A stretch of 64,000 nucleotides of DNA from Eledone cirrhosa. Taxonomy: Eukaryota. The stretch covers positions 69,316,001 through 69,380,000 of the forward strand of contig OZ024742.1 of the NCBI GenBank assembly GCA_964016885.1, written 5' to 3'. This document shows positions 56,710 through 64,000 of the stretch, piece after piece; the stretch's first letter is position 1, and every line of letters starts with the position of its first letter. The notes beneath the pieces were generated by a model. It did no database searches. It saw only the letters and a list, made by a program, of their open reading frames with translations, and was not told where the DNA came from. A program made the position numbers and the translations under genes.

Positions 56710-56874
56710 AAAATTTTACCAAACCTCCTGTATCTGTAACAGCATATGCTATTCTCTCCGCCATACTAGCTATTGTGTTGTTATTAATTTTATTCGTAAT
56801 CTTTCTGATGTGGAAGAAAAGATTTCGATTCTTTATGAAGTTTGCCTACTACTTTCAACCTTTTGCAGATAAAG
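56710..56874 (+). CDS. Transmembrane exon of a Toll/IL-1R-like receptor
   Basis: ttacag|...AAG|gtaagt, 165 nt, phase 1-1. Encodes AYAILSAILAIVLLLILFVIFLMW followed by a basic stop-transfer KKRFR. Confidence 0.85.
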
Positions 56875-57099
56875 GTAAGTCATACATTTAATAACTGTAA
56901 CTTATCAAGTGGACTACTCATAAATAGTAGTTTACTTTAGTGTTGCTACTGATACAATATACACTGAATATTGTTAAACTCTGGCGAATTGGTCATAGGG
57001 ACACTGTTACATGTACACAACATTTGTTGCTGGTATGTATCCACAGATTAAACAAGAAACTGGTTGGTAACGAAAATACAACATACACCAACTATGAGT

Positions 57100-57700
57100 T
57101 GTTGGTGTCGCTGTTGTTTTCCCCAGTATTTGTGTTGATAACAACGGGGGTTTGCGCCCCCCTGCAATTTTCAGCTGGGAGAAAAAGGATTGCATATGTG
57201 TGTATTCACCGCAAACGAAACAGTATGGTTTTCTCCTCCCATCGCTCCAGTAACCACTTGAATTTTGTACTTGCCCGATAGTCTCAAACCAGTCAAGCTC
57301 AAAAAGAGGGAGAAATTATCAGGGTCCTCCGTCGCCACGCATCCCAGGAGCCGCCATATGTACAGTCCTGGAGGAACCTTGGCAACGCGTACCTTTACTG
57401 TTCTCCGCCCCATGTAGGACTGGTACATGTTTATTTGGTCCACATTTCAGGGGACCACCGAATATCTGATAGCAAGGGGCTCTTTTTTATAGGGCACCGC
57501 GTTGCTGCGGAATTGTTTGGCTCTTTCTATGTGTTCCATGTCATTCATGATGCACTTTAGTTCTGCCTCCCTTTGTAGTTGGAAGGCCATATCTGTGGTT
57601 TTTGACTCAACAAGAGGGTTACTTCAGGAGGTCGTTCGGAGGTTGATCCTTAGAAGGTTCCGCAATCAGTAATCCATGGAGTGATTATAATTAGATAAAT
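57100..57700 (-). pseudogene. Highly decayed GIY-YIG PLE remnant
   Basis: YQSYMGRRTVKVRVAK, LDWFET and INTNTG fragments in different frames. Confidence 0.35.
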
Positions 57701-57869
57701 ATTTTCATAGATTCACAGTTCATTGTACAAGCGGATTTATTTCAAACATTTACATGTTTCATTAACATGTAAGGCAGCTCGTCTAGAAATCGCTAATCCC
57801 AATAACCTATTAGTAAAAATCGGATTCAAATATGGTAAAAAATATTCACTCCCTGCACATCAAATTATC

Positions 57870-57990
<121 letters not shown>

Positions 57991-58028
57991 TCTTTTATAT
58001 GGAAACGAAACTTCCTTGTTTTTTCTTC

Positions 58029-58066
<38 letters not shown>

Positions 58067-58068
<2 letters not shown>

Positions 58069-58570
58069 TCATCATCACCGTATTACGTCCATTCTTCCAC
58101 GCTAGCATAGGTTAGACGGGTTGTCCTGTTGTGGCACTTGTTAGGTTGGGTGACCTTGTCTTGCTCATACGGGAACTGATTTTGGCTTGATTTCTAGAGC
58201 TGGATCCCCTTCCTAACACCAACCTCATTTACAGTGAGTGCTGGGTACTTGTTTTTCGTGGTGCCTACACGACCACTTTACAGTGTGGACTGGGTGCTTT
58301 TTTGTCGTGACACCTCCACGATCACTTTGGAGGGGGTGGGGGCATATTGTCTATGTGCTTCAGCTTTAGCTTGTTCCCGTGGGAAGTCGGGTCTTCTGTA
58401 TTACTGTGTGACACCAGAGGTCACGGTCCTGTGTCATCGCCGTTGAGAGGTGCAATTGGGCAAGGTCCGCTTTTATCACCTTATCCCAGTTCTTCTCGGG
58501 TCCCCATCTATGGCTTCTATCAACTTTTAGTGCTCTGCATCTTTTTATGCAGCTGTCATCCTTCATACGC
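58067..58570 (-). mobile_element. RTE-like LINE 3' end
   Basis: PEKNWDKVIKADL...QDRDLW with a (TGA)n tail. Confidence 0.7.
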
Positions 58571-58689
58571 ATCATATATACACACACATATATATATATA
58601 AATACCACTAAATACAAACTCATAGATCCACATAAATATAAATATGTACATAGAGACACATACATGCATGCATATATACACATCCTTTT

Positions 58690-58954
58690 ACGTACAACGG
58701 CAGATATGCGTGGGAGGCCGGCATATATCTCTCTCAAAGTCAGATGTCACCAGCTATGAGTCTGTGTCCCCGTTAGTGATTTGGAAACCACAATCAATCA
58801 CTAATAACAGGGGGCGCAAGCTCTCCTATCCCGATGTCATCTCCAGAGATTCTGGTATTGAAATCCAGGACTTGGCAACGGCACTGAACGACAGACCCAC
58901 GTGGAGATCAATTGTTGAGTCCATTTCGGCTTGGGTCGCCAGATGATGATGATG
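58690..58954 (+). mobile_element. RTE-like LINE 3' end
   Basis: LVIWKP...RGRKLSYPDVISRD...DRPTWRSIV* with a (TGA)n tail. Confidence 0.75.
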
Positions 58955-59029
58955 ATATACCCATACATATATATACATAGACACTCTACTATATATATGG
59001 ACTGGAACTAACCGACCCAACAACTTCGA

Positions 59030-59515
59030 CATAATTATATGGTGCAGTAACTCTGCGCAAGTCACTGACTTGGTTGGTATTTACTTAATACATAGACTCA
59101 AATAAGAGATTCCTACTCTACATGGCGGTTTATATAGAGACTGCACTTTATTTATTGTTAAGAACTAACATCAACATAGGATCGAAAATCCTAATATATA
59201 ATTACTTATAATTTTCAAACAGTTTGGACTCACCATAACTATTGAGTATAACCATAGGGTGGTCAACTTTCTAGAGCCCACGTTTGAAATAGATACTGGA
59301 CTATAACGCCCCTACTACAAGCCAGATGAGTTTCTATCCTATGTAAATAGACTATCCAACCACCCTAGGTTTATTATTAACTCAGTTGTTAAGAGGGCAT
59401 CCCATAGAATTTCCAAACTATCTGCAAATGAAGATATATTTAATTCCACTACCTGGTATTACAATGAAGTATTGACAAAGTCAGGATATAATAGTAAGAT
59501 ATTTTACATCCCATA
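59030..59515 (+). pseudogene. Old Hydra-like PLE RT fragment
   Basis: SAQVTDLVGIY, GGLYRD, YVNRLSNHP and RISKLSANEDIF, similar to family B. Confidence 0.75.
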
Positions 59516-59579
59516 TAGTGATTTTACGCATTTCTTTAATAATACTAATAACATCACACACAGCAGAAACAGTAGTAAT

Positions 59580-59765
59580 AATTGTTTCTACTTTAGGCAC
59601 AAGGCCAGCAATCACCCAGTGCATTACTGGTACTTTATTTTATCGACCCTGTAAGGATGAAAGGCAAAGTCAACCTCGGCGGGATTTGAACTCAGACCGT
59701 AAAGGGACGTAACTATGCTGGAAAGCATGGCGTCTGACTCTCTACCGATACTGCCAATCCACCAG
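59580..59765 (-). mobile_element. Octopus-type SINE
   Basis: Reverse complement gttcaaatcccgccgaggttgactttgcctttcatcc...gtcgataaaataaagtaccagt. Related copies at 61985-62107, 63264-63370 and 63598-63790. Confidence 0.8.
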
Positions 59766-61099
59766 CCCATTTCTTTAATAATACTAATAACATCACACAC
59801 AGCAGAAACAGTAGTAATAATAATTATGATATTAATAGTCAAAATGCCTTCATATCTAGGCTTTCAAAATGTTCATTTCTTAAACATACCGTAAATTTTT
59901 AGCTATACGAAATTCTCACACACATACGATATTCACACAAACAAAATTTACTTGATTTTTACAAATCAGAAATTGATTAGATTAGAGTTATTTTTATGTA
60001 TAAATATATTTCCTTTAGATTTGAAGTGTATAAATGCTTTTTTAATTGTTTACATGTCAACTGTCATTTTGAGTTTAGCTTATTAAGAGTTAACATTTAA
60101 TCACAGCCTAAACCAAATGCATTTTGTATATTTCTAATAGAAAATGAAATATATTTAGTAAAGGTATAAACAAGTACTATAACTTTTATCAGTTTCTGAT
60201 TGGGAATTTTTTTAAATTTGAAATAAAAATTCCTTTTGCAGATTCTAAATTCCTGATAGTCGAAACTTAAAAAGCCAAAGAGAAATTTAAAAATAACATT
60301 AGTATAATAAAGAAGTTAGCGGGTGGATTAAAATCCAAAATAAAATCCATGAAATATGCCCACGTCTATCAACAAGCAAAAGCTTAAACTCATTAGAATT
60401 AATATTCACGAGGTCTTGATTGAAGCAACAAAGTAAATAAAAGAAGAGGGCATCCTCAAATCCTTACACAAGTTTCAGCGTAAATACCTCACTAAACTAT
60501 AGGGAAATAAACAGCTTTATGAAAGAATAAATGAATACAACCAAGTCCTGGAATAATTCATACAGATGACAACCGACTACCTGAATAACGGCAGATTGAA
60601 TGATCTGATCTAATCAACAGCCGTAGTGATATCAAGGAAAATTGGGTTTGACTGGAACAGATCTCCCCAAAACAAATTCCAACTCCCTAAATGGTATGAA
60701 AATATATTGCACCACGTCGAAACACCTCGGAAAGTCATATCCTTTCTTTGTGAACTAGGAAGAAAATGAAGGATCTAACATACAAAAGAAACAAAAAAAG
60801 GATATAGATAACAAAATAAAAATGACCATAATAATAAAAAGATGTAAGCAAAAAAAAATCTGAAGCATACCTCATAAAACGCTATTATAAGCACAAACGT
60901 TTATTTCGCAGTGCACTCTCTGTGTGAGTGGAGTTCCACTGAACCAGGTATAGACATTCATGCATCTTGAGGCCATTTTCACAAGTGCTGGACGGCGAGA
61001 GGCTGAATTAAGTCCTAGAATTGCAGGAACTGGAGCAGTAATGCGCTAGTTTCAGCATTCGGTCATCAGAAAATGGGAAGTAGGTGTAAAAGCCATACT

Positions 61100-61432
61100 C
61101 GCTAATTTCAATTCGGTATCCGCGCCAACCATTACCTATCTTGTGGAACGATTGAAAGAATAGGATCACGAATACAAGCAGCCGAAATGGGGTTCCTCTC
61201 AAGGGTCTTTGGAATAACGTTACTCGATAGTGTGTAGCTGAGATATCAAGGATTCGCTCTAGGTAAAGCAACCATTTCTCTGAATTGAGAGACCACAGCT
61301 CCGATATGTCCAGGAAAAATCGCTGGACAGGTTTTACGGGCAAAACAAACCGGCAAGAGTCCAATGGATAGATCCCGAGCTAAATAGTTGGATAACATCT
61401 TGGGGATCCAGCCCGATCAAGAAGAAGAAGAA
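61100..61432 (+). mobile_element. Decayed RTE-like LINE 3' fragment
   Basis: IQAAEMGFLSRV motif with a (GAA)n tail. Confidence 0.5.
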
Positions 61433-61619
61433 ACTTCCAAGAAAGCAAATAATTCTAGTTAAATATCAAACTATTCTATACAAAAAAAAAAAAAACCCAT
61501 TATACTAACACCATCGGAGTTCAGATATGAGGGAGGGAATATGGGGCAGGGAAGACCAATATACAAAAAATACACAATCGGTGTCCAGTCCTAGTCATGT
61601 TTTAATATACATACAAACA

Positions 61620-61870
61620 TTACCGATATGGCAATGCACATTGATATACATAACAATCCATCCTGACTAAAGTATTGCTTGAAAAGTAATGGGAAAAGTG
61701 CGAAAACAACGATGATCCTGAAATTGAAATATACAAGATGTGAAGCCCGAAGGTAAAAACAAAGCCAGTAATAATTGAAGCACCAGATATGATTAAAAAA
61801 TACATGCTATAATAGGGCTCACGCTACACACTGTCCAAAATAATAGCTCTGCTAGGAACAGCCCATAATA
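61620..61870 (+). pseudogene. Decayed RLE-type (R4/Dong-like) non-LTR C-terminus
   Basis: Fragments EIEIYKM*, KPVIIEAPDMIKK and KIALLGTAH. 60250-60880 may be its 5' part. Confidence 0.5.
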
Positions 61871-62519
61871 CCAATTCATTAGCATAATTCAAATAATATA
61901 ATACGCTTTCCCTACAATAAGTATCTTTTTAATCTGTGACACTTCTATGCATGTTCTCAAATCTGTTTCAAGAAAGGAAACTTTCCGGTCTGAGTTCACA
62001 TTCCGCCAAGGCTAACTTTACCTTTCATCCTTACTGAGTCGATAAAATAAAGCACCAGTAATACACTGGGATAATTGCTGGCCTTATGCCAAAAGTAGAA
62101 ACAATTACTTTTGATGTATTTATCGAACCATGAACAATAAAGATAAATATAATATTGCTATTTATTGCTACAAGAAGTACAGATGTGGTAACATTACTAC
62201 ATTATACTATACGTGGTGAAATGTGAATAGATTGTGATGAGAAAACAACAAATGAAACCTATTTCGGAAACATTCAGAAGGAGAGTGTAACCGATAAAAT
62301 CAACTCCTTAGTAATTTTATCGAGCCCTAAATATCGAAGTTGAAGATTAAAAAAATGTTTTAAATAAATTTCACAAATAATTTACTTTCTTCTGAACGCC
62401 GTTAATGTGATGATTGGACGAGAGGGATGTGACTAATTATTTTTGAAATGTAAATTTTGATGAAGCATTTTCTTATTTCCATGGATTGTTTCTATGAATA
62501 CTTTTTTTTTCATTTTCAG

Positions 62520-62663
62520 AAGAAAAATTATACGATGTATTTATTTCCTATAAATCTTCACCCAAAGACGAATTTTGGGTGAAAAACATTCTTTTTCCGA
62601 AGATTGAAAATGACATGAGATTGAAAGCCTGTATCCACTTTCGCGATTTCATCCCTGGTGAGA
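62520..62663 (+). CDS. First TIR-domain exon
   Basis: ttttcag| EEKLYDVFISYKSSPKDEFWVKNILFPKIENDMRLKACIHFRDFIPGE, containing TIR box 1 and the BB loop. In frame with the TM exon. Donor after 62657 (gtgaga) or 62663 (gtatgt). Confidence 0.92.
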
Positions 62664-63597
62664 GTATGTATCCATCGTGTATTCCTTTCTCTGACAATCG
62701 AATAGTGTTACCTTGGTGTAAGTAGAGAATATCCAGTATAATTGTATCATTGATGAACAACTTCTCTATGGATATGCTATCTAGAGGGCGTACTACATCT
62801 TGACAACAATGAGTGACTGATTAAATGTCGAAACGACTGGTTATTAAGACATGATTTTCTAGACTATCATCCACATCTTATAGTAAGTAGTCTACACAAA
62901 ATTTAGATCAGTTTGATATTTGACTGTCATCAAATGATTGTAAATAGTATAAATATACACTATTAAGATGGGTTTAACACTCAGAACAGATATAGCTTTA
63001 TTGTGCATGGGCGGTGTTTGCTTTGGAACGGTACATACAGTGAATTTGTCATCAGTCAGAACGTCTGTGTGTGAAATAGTTTTGACGATTAGATTAATGT
63101 CATAAGCATAACAGGTGTACAGAGGTATGCCTGGTACTGCTATATTTAGTTATCTATTATACATTAAGAAATTACTGCAATCCAATAAAGCATTATGTAA
63201 TTGTTCAGACAAATCTAGAAACCTATATAAAATCAATAAAATAATACTGAAACAAATATGACATAATTGTTTCTACCCTCGGCGGGATTTGAACTCAGAA
63301 TGGAAAGGGCCGGAACTCTATGCGTCAAAGTATGGCGTCCGACCCTCTACCGATACTGCCAATCCACCGCTGAAACAAATATGACATAATGCGAATCAAA
63401 CACTAGCACATGATATTAATAACGAAGTAAGATACATGACAAATGAAAGTAAAAGTATATAAACAAATAGATTACTGAGAATATTAGCTAGACGCTTAAC
63501 GTTTATAAATATTACTACTTGTATGTTAAACTTTGTATTTAATCTTAAATGCAGGTTAATTAACTCAGCTAAATCCCACATATTATTAGTCGGAAAC

Positions 63598-63790
63598 GAG
63601 CGGTGGATTGGCAGTATAGGTAGAGGGACGGACGCCATGCTTTGCAACATAGAGTTACTGCCCTTTCCAATCTGATTTCAAATCCCGCCAAGGTTAACTT
63701 TGCCTTTCATCCTTACTGGGTCGATAAAATAAAGCACCAGTAATACACTGGGATAATTGCTGGCCTTGTGCCAAAAGTAGAAACAATTAT
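63598..63790 (+). mobile_element. Octopus-type SINE
   Basis: Same body as 59580-59765. Confidence 0.8.
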
Positions 63791-64000
63791 TAGTCAGAAA
63801 CATTTAGATAATATTAACGATAATATTAGTAAAGTCAGCAAATAATAATAGTGATGATGTTATCAGCTGGTTCTATAGTATCGATAATTAGTACATTTAG
63901 AGATTTACTAAATTCAATATTGTTGAGTTTAACTGTTAGTTATTCAAGTCACTACTATGCAGCGCACTAGAATTTGCTAAGAGGGTAGCGATATAAAAAT

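Overview
Eukaryotic, very AT-rich DNA, probably Octopus (inferred from the repeated SINE 'ttcaaatcccgccgaggttgactttgcctttcatcc...gtcgataaaataaagtaccagt' and the (TA)n/(TATG)n load). Positions ~700-56350 are one very large degenerate (TA)n field invaded by many retroelements. Most are Penelope-like elements (PLEs: RT plus C-terminal GIY-YIG endonuclease) from three coding families: family A with a CCHH endonuclease, and families B and C with the CxCx5C...CxxC...CRH (Hydra-like) endonuclease. They occur as pLTR-ORF-pLTR copies, large fold-back insertions and tiny 3'-end tips. About 20 minimal type-I hammerhead ribozyme (HHR) motifs from about 8 unrelated families can be folded by eye, and three families share an unusual stem II. 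The field also holds a non-autonomous Helitron with an internal minisatellite, a CR1/L2-type LINE with a 761-aa ORF, RTE LINE pieces, SINEs and two non-coding direct-repeat elements. At the right end are spliced + strand exons (micro-exon, transmembrane exon, TIR exon) of a Toll/IL-1-receptor-like gene, so the transposon field may be one giant intron. Most ORFs in the supplied track (YI/IY/VC-rich) are microsatellite artefacts. All folds and alignments were done by eye.
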